Of a DNA stretch of 64,000 bases, positions 34,247-43,598 are shown in pieces (within the stretch, counting starts at the first letter, position 1; every line of letters starts with the position of its first letter). Position numbers and translations under genes: made by a program. Below the pieces are notes generated by a model. The model saw only the letters and a list, made by a program, of their open reading frames with translations, had not been told where the DNA came from and did no database searches. This DNA comes from Dehalococcoidia bacterium. GTDB lineage: Bacteria > Chloroflexota > Dehalococcoidia > Lucifugimonadales > UBA3495. The stretch spans positions 456,900 to 520,899 of the forward strand of contig CBDCPI010000013.1 of the NCBI GenBank assembly GCA_965220245.1. Reading direction: 5' to 3'.

Positions 34247-35452
34247 TCAGTCGGCGGCTGTAGCCAAGGTAGCGGTCAGCATAGCCAACCCCTGGCAGTA
34301 CTTAACGTTGCTCTCCCATTGGCGAAAGTCCGCCACCGGCTGCTTCCGCAACGCGGCACAAAGGGAGTCGTTACGATTGAACACCAGGTCGTCCACCGCC
34401 ACGGTGATGATGGCTTGGGATTTCATGGTATTGCCGCGGAGCAACCCGTCAAAAAAGCGGTAGACGTGCGGGCTCTCCAGCGACGCGCTGGAGCACACTA
34501 GGGCCAAGCGGTCGTAATAGTAGGTCCTCAGGGAGAACCCCGGGTCCGACCGGAGAGTTTTCTCATCGTCGACGGCCAAAGACCAAGTGGGAACGTTGGC
34601 CGTGTTCAGGTCCTCGCAAATCCGTACTAAGAGCGGCGCGTCCTGCACGGAACCGGCCACTAGGACCCTTGGTTGGATGCTAGCCGTCCCTTGCAACTGC
34701 TGCTGGGCCGCTATAAGAGGCTCGGCTACTCCCGCTCGGCGCAAGAACTCGTCCGGCACTTGGCCCCGCGACCGGGCCAAGGTATCAAGCCCGATAATGC
34801 TGGGCCCGGCATGGCGTACCGAGCGCAGGCCGATCACCTGGCTCAAGTCGCAGTCACCAAAGAGCGTCATGTCCAGGGTAACTTGGTCGAAAAAGGCGCC
34901 TTTGAGTTGCACGTTTAGCAGCCACGCCCCCCGCAGGTCCGCCTCGGTGAGGTCCGCTAATTCTAAAGAAGCGGCGGTCAAACGGGCGCTGCGCAGATCG
35001 GCGCCCGCCAGGTTGGTCCAAGACAGGTCGGTGTTGCTCAGGTCGGCGCCGGCCAGGCTGGCCCCGGCCAGGTTGGCGCAGGACAGGTCGGCAAAGGAGA
35101 GGTCGGCGCCGCGAAGATTGGCTCCTTGAAGGAAACTCCCGCTCAGCTTGCTCCTGCCCAGGGTAGCCCCTGTCAAAACGGCGTCCCGGAGATCGATTTG
35201 GGCCAGGTTGGACCGCCATAAATGGGCGGCTTGGAGGTTAGCCCCGGATAAGTCAGCCAAGCGTAAGTCGGCCCCGGTCAGGTCGATTCCGCTGAGGTTG
35301 TCATGGGCCAGATCGGCGTTGGCTAGCCGGGCTCGGCTAAGAAATGCCCCGGAAAGGTCGAGCTGGCGCCGTTGCCAGAATTCCTGCTCCCGCCACCGGG
35401 CCACCTCGGGTGACCCTTTTTTGATCATGGCGATGTGTTCCTGCTTTGCCAA
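34247..35452 (-). CDS. Pentapeptide-repeat protein with a degenerate TIR-like C-terminal domain
   Basis: 401 aa. The N-terminal ~200 aa are A(D/N)LxG/A pentapeptide repeats. The C-terminal ~140 aa align by eye to bacterial TIR_2 domains (DRLALVCSSASLESPHV..., AIITVAVDD, VADFRQWES..Y...L). Confidence 0.7.
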   Translation of the reverse strand: MAKQEHIAMIKKGSPEVARWREQEFWQRRQLDLSGAFLSRARLANADLAHDNLSGIDLTGADLRLADLSGANLQAAHLWRSNLAQIDLRDAVLTGATLGRSKLSGSFLQGANLRGADLSFADLSCANLAGASLAGADLSNTDLSWTNLAGADLRSARLTAASLELADLTEADLRGAWLLNVQLKGAFFDQVTLDMTLFGDCDLSQVIGLRSVRHAGPSIIGLDTLARSRGQVPDEFLRRAGVAEPLIAAQQQLQGTASIQPRVLVAGSVQDAPLLVRICEDLNTANVPTWSLAVDDEKTLRSDPGFSLRTYYYDRLALVCSSASLESPHVYRFFDGLLRGNTMKSQAIITVAVDDLVFNRNDSLCAALRKQPVADFRQWESNVKYCQGLAMLTATLATAAD

Positions 35453-35533
35453 CCGGCGTAGCCTCCATGCGTTGGGCGAGAGAAGAATTCTTAGCGGTAA
35501 ACCGGGGGAGCCGGGCCGGGGTTCGAGCTGCTT

Positions 35534-36679
35534 TTAGCTTCGCCCGGAGAAAGCCGGCATGACACCTTCGGCAAACCGGGTCAACTGCTCCCGGTATTCG
35601 TGCCAGGGCATCCCTTCGGGCCAATGCACCACGATGTCTTCCAACCCTGGGTACTTGGCTTCATACTCTCGAAGCAGGTCAACAAAGGCTTCGGGGGGCC
35701 CGCAAGCCCAGACCTTTTGGGCGACCCCATCTTCCAAAGCGGGCACTCCTGCCGGCGCTCCGGGAGTTCCCCAAGGACGGCCCTGTTCATCGGTGTAGCG
35801 CACGAAACCGAAGGGAGCGAACCACTTGTAGCGTTCGTCATGATAAGGCCGGGCCTTTTCGATGGCCGCCTGCTGGGTATCGTCGATATAAAATCCTATG
35901 CCCAAGGCCAAGTCTTGCCCCAAGCTTAGCTGGCGGCCAGCGCCCGCCGCCGCCTCTTGGTATGACCGAAACATCTGGTCCACCAGCTTTTCTCCGGTCA
36001 GGTGCACCATTCCCTTGATGCCTTTGCGGGCTATGTATTCCAGAGTGCGGCCGCTGGCGATGGGTTGCCAAATCTCTACGGGAAGATTTACCGGGCGGGG
36101 CACCATCGTGATCTCTTTCAGTTGATAGCCCCGATAAGGAACGTCTGGCGGGATGGTGAAGTGCTTTCCGTGATGGCTGAACGACTCCTCGTTGAAGGCC
36201 TTGAAGATTACTTCCATCTGCTCTTCGAAGTATTCTCGGTTGGCGTCGTTGTCGATCACTGGCGCGCCGAAGGTTTCGACCTCCCGGGAGTGGTAGCCGC
36301 GGCCAACGCCAAAAATCAACCGGCCGCCGGTCAAGATGTCGGCCATGGCAAAGTCTTCCGCGATACGCAGGGGGTGCCACATGGGCACAATGTTGAATGC
36401 CGCGCCGAACTTGAGGTTCTTGGTCTGCCCGGCGAGGTGAACCCCCAGAAGAATCAGGTTGGGAAGGCATTCGTAACCTTCCCTCTGGAAGTGGTGCTCG
36501 GCGGTCCACAAACAGTGAAACCCCAAGCCGTCCATGTGCTTGGCCAAGGCGACGGAGTGTTCGTAGGCCTGGACCAATTGCTCGTTGGTATACCTTCGCT
36601 CATCCGCCGGAGTTCCCTCGGCGCCCACATTTTCCAGGTCAATCTGTCCGACGTATAGGACGGAAAACCGCTTTATCAT
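35534..36679 (-). CDS. LLM-class flavin-dependent oxidoreductase (luciferase-like monooxygenase), intact
   Basis: 381 aa. ...GFHCLWTAEHHF...HPLRIAEDFAMADILTGGRLIFGVGRGY... Confidence 0.88.
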   Translation of the reverse strand: MIKRFSVLYVGQIDLENVGAEGTPADERRYTNEQLVQAYEHSVALAKHMDGLGFHCLWTAEHHFQREGYECLPNLILLGVHLAGQTKNLKFGAAFNIVPMWHPLRIAEDFAMADILTGGRLIFGVGRGYHSREVETFGAPVIDNDANREYFEEQMEVIFKAFNEESFSHHGKHFTIPPDVPYRGYQLKEITMVPRPVNLPVEIWQPIASGRTLEYIARKGIKGMVHLTGEKLVDQMFRSYQEAAAGAGRQLSLGQDLALGIGFYIDDTQQAAIEKARPYHDERYKWFAPFGFVRYTDEQGRPWGTPGAPAGVPALEDGVAQKVWACGPPEAFVDLLREYEAKYPGLEDIVVHWPEGMPWHEYREQLTRFAEGVMPAFSGRS

Positions 36680-36851
36680 CTTTGGTCCACTCCTCTGGGG
36701 TCCGCTCCTCCGGCGCCGCGCCTGAAGCTAGGAAATCAGATTGGTCTGCAAACTCTGGAATGCCGCGCGGTGCCCGTGAACTCCGGGTCCAAAGGGTTTC
36801 GCGCAATCTTGCTGGCAGCGGCGCAATTATATCATGGCATCCATCACACCC

Positions 36852-38060
36852 TTAATGCACCACGCCTCGCTCCTTAAGTTCCATAAATTGGTCCCCGGAA
36901 AAACCCAAGCCGCGCAGCACCTCCTCGGTATGCTGCCCGGTCACCGATCCCACGTGCCTTACCCGGCCGGGAGTCTCCGAGAGGTTTATGGGAATTCCAA
37001 CCTGGCTGACTTTGCCCTCGGGGACTACTGGGGCTTCGACCTCCACCACCATATTCCGGTGGACCACCTGAGGGTCGGCCATGGCTTCCTCCAAGCTATA
37101 CACCTTACCCACCGATATGTTCCGGTCTTTCAAAAACTCGAACCACTCATCCCTGGTCCGGGTCGTGAAAGTCCGTTCCAGGAAGTCTTTTATCTTCTCG
37201 AGTTCTGCTCCCTTGGCTCCCTGGTTGTCCTGCAAGTCTTCTCTTCCCAGAATGCGGCAAAGATTGACCCAGAACCAGGGCTCAAGAGCGGCGATGCTCA
37301 GATATTTGTCGTCTTTGGTGCGGTACACGTTGTAGTACGGAACACCGCCGGTAAGACGGCTCTGGCCCCTAGCCGGTGAGCTTCCTTGTTGGAAATACGC
37401 GGAAATCATGGCGGCCATCATGTACATCACTCCCTCGGTCATGGCGATGTCCAAATATTGACCGCGGCCGGTGGTATTGCGGGCCAGCAGGGCGGCAAGG
37501 ATGGCGATTGCCCCGCATAAGCCGCCTCCAGCGTAATCTGCCAGCAGGTTGGAAGGTATAGCGGGCTTTTCCTCTTCGGAGTAGCCGATCATACTCAGCA
37601 CGCCGGAAAAGGAGATGTAGTTGATGTCGTGGCCGGCCATGTTGGCGTAGGGACCGTCCTGCCCGTAACCGGAAACCGAACAATAGACAACCTTGGGGTT
37701 GATGTCACTTACCTTCCGGTACCCGGCACCCAACCGGTCCATGACCCCGGGACGGAAGCCTTCCACCACCACGTCGGCTTCCCGGAGCAAGGTGTAGAAA
37801 ATCTCCTGGGCTTCGGGCTCCTTCATGTTCAGCCCCAAGCTACGCTTATTGCGCTGCAAGGCGTTATAGGCAGCATGACGCCGCTCCTCCTCCAGGTTGG
37901 TAATGCCGTTTACCACTTGCTCGTAAGCGGCCCGGTCTCCGGTCATGGCGCGCTCGATCATCAGGACATCGGCTCCCAGGTCTCCCAAGATCATGGTGCA
38001 GAACATCCCTGGGGCGTTCCGGCAAAAGTCCAAAACCTTGATTCCTTCCAGAGCTTGCAT
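36852..38060 (-). CDS. Family III CoA-transferase (CaiB/BaiF)
   Basis: 402 aa. N-terminal LEGIKVLDF....PG..C..ILGDLGADVL pattern and overall length fit the family. Confidence 0.88.
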   Translation of the reverse strand: MQALEGIKVLDFCRNAPGMFCTMILGDLGADVLMIERAMTGDRAAYEQVVNGITNLEEERRHAAYNALQRNKRSLGLNMKEPEAQEIFYTLLREADVVVEGFRPGVMDRLGAGYRKVSDINPKVVYCSVSGYGQDGPYANMAGHDINYISFSGVLSMIGYSEEEKPAIPSNLLADYAGGGLCGAIAILAALLARNTTGRGQYLDIAMTEGVMYMMAAMISAYFQQGSSPARGQSRLTGGVPYYNVYRTKDDKYLSIAALEPWFWVNLCRILGREDLQDNQGAKGAELEKIKDFLERTFTTRTRDEWFEFLKDRNISVGKVYSLEEAMADPQVVHRNMVVEVEAPVVPEGKVSQVGIPINLSETPGRVRHVGSVTGQHTEEVLRGLGFSGDQFMELKERGVVH

Positions 38061-38220
38061 TGGCTGGCTCCTCGTTGGCTGGTCTTAGATGCGGTAATTA
38101 TACCGAAGACGTAACAGTGTCCAAGAGCGGCGTACCTAGGTGCATGGTGCGCCCCTTTCCGGTAGCGGCTATAATTTCTTTGCTTTCCCCGCAGGCAATC
38201 AAAAGATTACGGAGGCTGAT

Positions 38221-38997
38221 ATGGACCTGGGACTAACCGGAAGAGTAGCCATGATTACGGGCGGCAGTCACGGATTAGGTCTGCAAGCAGCGGATTGCCT
38301 GGCCCGGGAAGGTTGTAAGGTAGCGATTTGCGCCCGCGGCCAAGACCAATTGGACTCTGCGGTGGGTGAGCTTCGGGCTAAGGGGTACGAAGCCTACGGC
38401 ACCCAGGCGGACGTGACCAACGAGGAAGAATCCACCCGGTTCTATGACGACACCATTGTCAATCTCGGGGACCCGGACATTCTGATTAACAACGTGGGTG
38501 GCCGCCGGGGCTCGGTGCTCTTGGACGAGACCTCTATGGAGCAGTTTCGGGAAGGGCTGGAGGTCAACCTTTTCAGTGCGGTACGCCTGATGAAGATGGT
38601 GCTTCCCCACATGAAAGACCAGAACTGGGGCCGCATCATCAACATCTCCTCGATTTACGGACGAGAGCACGGCGGGTCAATCGACTACATGACGGCCAAA
38701 GCCGGCCTGATTGCGTTCTCCAAGCACTTGGCGCTCCAGCTAGCCCCCACCAACGTGAGGGTCAACTGCATAGCTCCCGGCTCCATAGATTTCCCGGGCA
38801 GCACCTGGGACCGTTTCCAGAAAAACAACACCCCGGAAGTAGTTGCCGAGTTCATCGCCCGCAATCTGCCTGCCGGTAAGTTCGGCTGGCCCGAACCGAT
38901 CGGGGAGACGGTAGCCTTCCTGGCCTCGGACCGGGCAGATCTAATCACCGGTACTTGCCTCAACGTTGACGGCGGCCAGTCTAAGTCTCTCTTCTAG
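38221..38997 (+). CDS. SDR-family oxidoreductase
   Basis: GGAGG RBS before ATG 38221. TGGSHGLG cofactor motif, NNVG, and the Y..AKAG catalytic motif. Confidence 0.88.
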   Translation: MDLGLTGRVAMITGGSHGLGLQAADCLAREGCKVAICARGQDQLDSAVGELRAKGYEAYGTQADVTNEEESTRFYDDTIVNLGDPDILINNVGGRRGSVLLDETSMEQFREGLEVNLFSAVRLMKMVLPHMKDQNWGRIINISSIYGREHGGSIDYMTAKAGLIAFSKHLALQLAPTNVRVNCIAPGSIDFPGSTWDRFQKNNTPEVVAEFIARNLPAGKFGWPEPIGETVAFLASDRADLITGTCLNVDGGQSKSLF

Positions 38998-39800
38998 CGG
39001 TGGCTGATTAGGCCCAGAAACTCCCGCCAAGCCGTCACGCATTGCTCCGGGGCGGTGTGCTGCACATAGCCAGTGGTCCCCGGAATGGCCGCCAACTGGG
39101 CGTTGGGTAATAGCTGGGCCATGCCCACGGTACGCTCCGGATTGTTGGACAGACTATCCTCGGCCACGAGGATTAAGGTGGGGGTATTGATCTGGGGCAG
39201 AATACCGCTTAAATCCTGGTTGGCCAAGTAGGCCAGGGTTTCCAGGACTACTCTCTGCGAGGTCTGAGACATCTGGTCGATGTACCATTGATGGTGTGCC
39301 GGGTTCGCCGACGGGTCCACCCTTTGGTTGCCGGTCCGGCGGGCCCAGGCGGGTACCCCTTCCTCTTGGACTAGCCGGTAGTATTCCTGGTAGGTCGATA
39401 CGCCAGCAAACTTGTAGGGCGAGGTGCACACCGCCAAGGAGTGCAGCCGCTCCGGGTACTCGTGGGCGAATTGCAAAGAGATGGTGCCGCCTACGGTTTC
39501 CCCGATCAGGTGCACCCGGTCCAACTCCAGGTGATCGAGCAACCGGCGCAGGTCACCAGCAAAATTGCTGAGCGACCAGTCGTAGCCCTCCGGCGGTACC
39601 GAGGACCGGCCGAAACCCCGGGCGTCCAAGCGGATTACCCGGTATTCGCGGGACAGCAGCGGGACCCAGGCATACCAGAGACGGGAACTCTTAGCATTGC
39701 CGTGGTGGAGCACCACCGTCTCCGGTTGACGCCAAGGGTCGTTGAAGGCGTCGTCCTCATAGTACATCTCCAAGGTGCTGTCTAGGCTCGCGTAGGGCAT
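38994..39800 (-). CDS. Alpha/beta hydrolase (3-oxoadipate enol-lactonase-like)
   Basis: 268 aa. VVLHHGN...RVIRLDARGFGRS. The nucleophile elbow reads GETVGG, with Thr where Ser is usual. Confidence 0.8.
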   Translation of the reverse strand: MPYASLDSTLEMYYEDDAFNDPWRQPETVVLHHGNAKSSRLWYAWVPLLSREYRVIRLDARGFGRSSVPPEGYDWSLSNFAGDLRRLLDHLELDRVHLIGETVGGTISLQFAHEYPERLHSLAVCTSPYKFAGVSTYQEYYRLVQEEGVPAWARRTGNQRVDPSANPAHHQWYIDQMSQTSQRVVLETLAYLANQDLSGILPQINTPTLILVAEDSLSNNPERTVGMAQLLPNAQLAAIPGTTGYVQHTAPEQCVTAWREFLGLISHR

Positions 39801-39816
39801 ACGCCAACTCCAAGGG

Positions 39817-40167
39817 TTAATCTACCAAGGGAATAGCCACTGAAACCCGGGTTGTGCCGCCCACCGCCGCCGTGGTATGGCCCCGTCCGGTCAGATCGTC
39901 GGCTAGGACAACGTCCCCGGGATTGAAGGTCCTTTTGGTGCCGTCACCGAGGCCGATCTCCGATTGACCTTCCAAGGTGATCACAAACTGGCGGCGGGGC
40001 GCCGTGTGCCAGTCGGAAAAACTTCCCGAAGGGGTCCTGCGGAACTGGACCCCGGAAGCAGAGCGCATTGCGGTGACTTGAGCATCAGCTATGGTCTCGT
40101 AAGGCAACTCCAAGTCCTCAAAGTGAGACTCTCCATCATCTCCGGTATAAATCCTGACTACTTGCAT
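39817..40167 (-). CDS. Small cupin-domain protein
   Basis: 116 aa. The pattern of beta-barrel segments and the H...E/G..H-type spacing are typical of single-domain cupins. Confidence 0.6.
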   Translation of the reverse strand: MQVVRIYTGDDGESHFEDLELPYETIADAQVTAMRSASGVQFRRTPSGSFSDWHTAPRRQFVITLEGQSEIGLGDGTKRTFNPGDVVLADDLTGRGHTTAAVGGTTRVSVAIPLVD

Positions 40168-40373
40168 CGTAAACCTCCCATCTGAATGCGATGTTTTCGA
40201 GAATGACTAAATTCGGCCCGGGTAATAGTCCGCAAAAAAGTACGTGAGCTTAAGTCTGGGAACCCGGCAAAATCATAACAACCGGCTCTCGGAGCGTCAA
40301 CGCCGACGCCAGACTCCTCCACCGATAGTTCGGGACTTCCTGCTCAATTCCCCACTCACCATCACTTGTGGGG

Positions 40374-40892
40374 TCAGGCTGGGTGTCGTAGTGAGAACCC
40401 TACGGGGGATGTGTCTCCGACTTGCAACCTGTCGTTCCCTGTAAGTTCCACCAGCCGTCGGCGCTGTTGATTGGATGTGATGGCAAAGGGTCGCGGGGCC
40501 TCGTATTGCAGGGCTTCCAGCAACGGCAACGCTTCTTCAACCGTTTCTATCAACTCTCTAATCGTCTCGGGATTGCGCTGATTTTCATAGAAGTTGAAAT
40601 GCCCGATGTTATAGGCATCCGAAATAGCGATGGCGAGTTCCGGTCGGTTATATTCCAATACGATATGCCGCCCGATGTTCTCAACGTTCCGATGCGACTC
40701 GTGGCGCCATCCCCGCAGTTCTCCGATGGCCTTCAAGTTATGGGCAACCGCCCCCCATGCTTTCTCCCCAGCCTGGAGACGGTGGCCCTTTTCCAGTTCC
40801 TCACGCGCATGCTGAATAAATCTGCGGCCTATGGCTCTGCGGTCTTCGGGACTTCGCAACCCGGGTTCTGGCAATGGCGGTACTGTTGCCAT
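40374..40892 (-). CDS. PaREP1-family-like helical protein
   Basis: ...FIQHAREELEKGHRLQAGEKAWGAVAHNLKAIGELRGW.HESH... matches the PaREP1 pattern (A.e.L..Gd..qA.EK.WGA...). I chose ATG 40892, which lies 10 nt after GGGAGGG. Confidence 0.6.
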   Translation of the reverse strand: MATVPPLPEPGLRSPEDRRAIGRRFIQHAREELEKGHRLQAGEKAWGAVAHNLKAIGELRGWRHESHRNVENIGRHIVLEYNRPELAIAISDAYNIGHFNFYENQRNPETIRELIETVEEALPLLEALQYEAPRPFAITSNQQRRRLVELTGNDRLQVGDTSPVGFSLRHPA

Positions 40893-41085
40893 ATGATTGC
40901 TGCCCTCCCTTTGTCTTCTTGTGATATGGCTAGAGTTATTGAAACCATCCATACTATCTCAATACCGCTTACATCAATCGCATTATAACCAAACGCGGCC
41001 CGACCCAGTCCTCCGGCGGTCCTGGCACTGCTTCAGCCTCGCATCGACGATGTAGTACGATAGGGAAGTGTCGAAGTTTAGTCCT

Positions 41086-41103
41086 TTGTTCACGTATCAG
41101 TAA
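41086..41103. repeat. Second copy of the right terminus of the 4223-4341 MITE-like element
   Basis: ttgttcacgtatcagtaa is 18/18 identical to 4324-4341. The preceding ~60 nt are a diverged copy of the element interior. Confidence 0.55.
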
Positions 41104-41837
41104 TCGCCCGACGCCGCCGATCCCATGCCGGTGGCGCAGATGTCCCGGAGGCAGCACCCGGAACATCGGGGCGCTTTGACACAAACGGTTTTGCCGTGCT
41201 GGTCAAGCAGCGCGTGGTATTCATTGAACAATGCAGCATCCTTGGGGAGGTTGCGATGGAACAACTGCTGATAATCGTCGTAACCGCCGCGCCACTCCGG
41301 AGCCATTAGCCCCATCCGGTCAATGGTCCTCCGGGTGTAGGCGTCAATCACGAATGACGGCCAACCCGCCGCGTAGACCATTATGTCATCCGCGGTTTCG
41401 GGACCGATGCCGTGGATGGATAACAACTCCTCCCGTAGCTGTGCCGGGTCTTTACCCAAGAATTCTGCGAGGCCGCCAGCATAATTGTTCGCCACATGGG
41501 CCGCAAAGGCTTTGAGTTTCCGGGCTTTGGCGTTGAAATAGCCGCTGGAACGGACAATCTGGGCGAGTTCGTCCACCGGCCGCTGGTGGATTGCTTCCAA
41601 CGACCAACAGTCAGTTTCCTTTAGCTGGGCGATGGCGCGCTCCACGTTGGCCCAAGCCGCCGATTGAGTCAGGATGGCCCCGATTACCACATCCAACGGG
41701 CCGTCGCCGGGCCACCAACCCTGCGGCCCGTAGGCCCGATACAGCCTTTGGTAGACATCCTCCAGCAAAGGACCGAGGTCTCTATCACCTGGTCCGGACC
41801 ATGGGGCGTCCTTGGGCTTTCGGGTTTTACCGGGCAT
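41097..41837 (-). CDS. Endonuclease III-related HhH-GPD protein with a C-terminal Fe-S Cys cluster
   Basis: ...GAILTQSAAW.NVERAI..L... plus IHGIGPETADDI (the HhH motif) and C..APRCSGCCLRDIC. I chose ATG 41837; the longer ORF overlaps sfsA. Confidence 0.8.
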   Translation of the reverse strand: MPGKTRKPKDAPWSGPGDRDLGPLLEDVYQRLYRAYGPQGWWPGDGPLDVVIGAILTQSAAWANVERAIAQLKETDCWSLEAIHQRPVDELAQIVRSSGYFNAKARKLKAFAAHVANNYAGGLAEFLGKDPAQLREELLSIHGIGPETADDIMVYAAGWPSFVIDAYTRRTIDRMGLMAPEWRGGYDDYQQLFHRNLPKDAALFNEYHALLDQHGKTVCVKAPRCSGCCLRDICATGMGSAASGDY

Positions 41838-41853
41838 TGGTATCTCAACCCCG

Positions 41854-42546
41854 TCACAGCCAGATGGGCAGGCTGCGGTCCAGAGTGACCTGGGTCTCGG
41901 TGACCCGGCACTTGTAAGCAAAGGCCCCCACGCCAGCCTTAATCCCTTCCCGCAAAGCGATGCCAAACTCCGGATCGGCGGTATCGTGAGGAGCAAAGCT
42001 GTCGCAATCATCCCGTTGGACCACAAACACCACGGCGGCCCGGTGCCCCGACTCCACGGCTTGTATCAGGCTGCGCAGGTGCTTGGCGCCCCTGGTGGTG
42101 GGGGCGTCGGGAAACAGGCCCACCCCATCGACTACCAAGGTAACCGATTTGGTCTCCACGTAGCACCGGCCGCTGGGACCTTCCAACATCAGGTCGAGGC
42201 GGCTTTCCTGGAAAGTAACTTCCCGCCGCACTTCGGGGCAGTCACTAAACTGGGATAACCGGCAGTCGGCCAAGGCTTCGGCCACCAGAGCGTTGGGCAG
42301 CCGGGCGTCGGCCGAAACAAGAGCGAATCCCAAATCGACCATCGCTAGGTCATAGCCGGTCTTCCGGTGGGACCGTCCGGGGCAGGGCCGGACCAACACC
42401 CGGTATCCGGGAACCAACAACTCGTGCATCCGCCCCGAGTTGGCAACGTGGACCTCGACATCCCGGCCGCATATTTCCACCACGGCCAAGAACCGGTTGA
42501 GCCGGACTTTGAAACGGCCTTCCACCAGACTACCCGGAATTTCCAC
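41854..42546 (-). CDS. sfsA: Sugar fermentation stimulation protein homolog SfsA
   Basis: ...G.F..RLNRFLAVVE..G.DVEVHVANSGRM.ELL.PG... I chose GTG 42546, which lies 5 nt after AAGGGAGG. Confidence 0.85.
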   Translation of the reverse strand: MEIPGSLVEGRFKVRLNRFLAVVEICGRDVEVHVANSGRMHELLVPGYRVLVRPCPGRSHRKTGYDLAMVDLGFALVSADARLPNALVAEALADCRLSQFSDCPEVRREVTFQESRLDLMLEGPSGRCYVETKSVTLVVDGVGLFPDAPTTRGAKHLRSLIQAVESGHRAAVVFVVQRDDCDSFAPHDTADPEFGIALREGIKAGVGAFAYKCRVTETQVTLDRSLPIWL

Positions 42547-42723
42547 ACAAGCCTCCCTTGACGGTTTCCCGGCAATAGTAACAACCCCCCAAAAGGGGAG
42601 CAACCGGGAGAGATATGAATCCCTGTAGACCCGGATGGAATGAGCCGGTTGCCGGGAAGGATATAATGTGGTCCAAGGAGTCTTGGAAAAACATCCGAGA
42701 CGTCGTCAGCACAGGAATCGAAA

Positions 42724-43560
42724 ATGGCGGTATTCTTGAGCCGGTTAGAACACGCCTGCGATGCCAATCGCAGCTTGCTTTGCGTCGGCCTCGACCCAGA
42801 CCCCTCTCGAATGCCGGTGACCGATGTGTTCGAGTTCAACCGCAACATCGTCGACGCCACGTGCGGCTTGGTCTGCGCCTTCAAGCCCAATTTCGCGTTT
42901 TATGAGGCAATGGGTCTACCCGGCCTGGACGCTTTGGCCAAGACTGTAGAGTACATCCATCAGGTGGCGCCCGACGTGATCGTAATCGGAGATGTCAAGC
43001 GAGGTGATGTAGGCCCCTCAAGCGAAGCCTATGCCCACGCCGCGTTCAACGTGTGGGGGTTCGACGCCGTAACCGTAAATCCTTGGGCGGGCTTGGACTC
43101 AGTCGCGCCATTCCTAGAGCAAGAGGACCGCGGAGCGTTCGTGTGGTGCCGGGGCTCGAATCCGGGCTCGGCGGACTTACAGGACTTGACTGTCGACGGC
43201 GAACAAGGCCGGTTGCCGGTGTACCTGCGTTTGGCCGAGTCCGTTAAGCAGTGGGACCGCAAAGGCAACGTGGGGCTGGTGGTGGGGGCGACCTACCCCC
43301 AGCAATTGGAAGAGGTACGCCGCACTTGCAGCCGGATGCCGATATTGGTCCCCGGCGTTGGACCCCAAGGCGGCGATTTGGAGGCGGTGGTCCGAATCGG
43401 CGTCGATAGCCGCGGTCGATTAGCTATCGTGAACTCATCCAGGGGTGTAATCTACGCGTCCAATGGGCCGGATTATGCCGAGGCGGCCGGGACCGCGGCT
43501 GGCCGGTTGCGTGAAGCCATCAATCAGACGTTGGCATCCGAAGGAAAGGGATGGCCCTAG
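42724..43560 (+). CDS. pyrF: Orotidine 5'-phosphate decarboxylase (type 2)
   Basis: 278 aa. LLCVGLDPD, GDVKRGDVGPSS, and overall collinearity with the long-form PyrF. Confidence 0.9.
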   Translation: MAVFLSRLEHACDANRSLLCVGLDPDPSRMPVTDVFEFNRNIVDATCGLVCAFKPNFAFYEAMGLPGLDALAKTVEYIHQVAPDVIVIGDVKRGDVGPSSEAYAHAAFNVWGFDAVTVNPWAGLDSVAPFLEQEDRGAFVWCRGSNPGSADLQDLTVDGEQGRLPVYLRLAESVKQWDRKGNVGLVVGATYPQQLEEVRRTCSRMPILVPGVGPQGGDLEAVVRIGVDSRGRLAIVNSSRGVIYASNGPDYAEAAGTAAGRLREAINQTLASEGKGWP

Positions 43561-43598
43561 ACCTCAAAGTCTGGGCCTTAGCATCAACAAGGAAAGGG

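Noticed and set aside
42662-42700. A PyrR box and promoter upstream of pyrF: TATAAT at 42662-42667, followed by guccaaggagucuugg.
   Set aside because: The candidate box deviates from UCCAGAGAGGCU at several core positions. No terminator/antiterminator pair follows it. No acceptable -35 element lies at 16-18 bp spacing.
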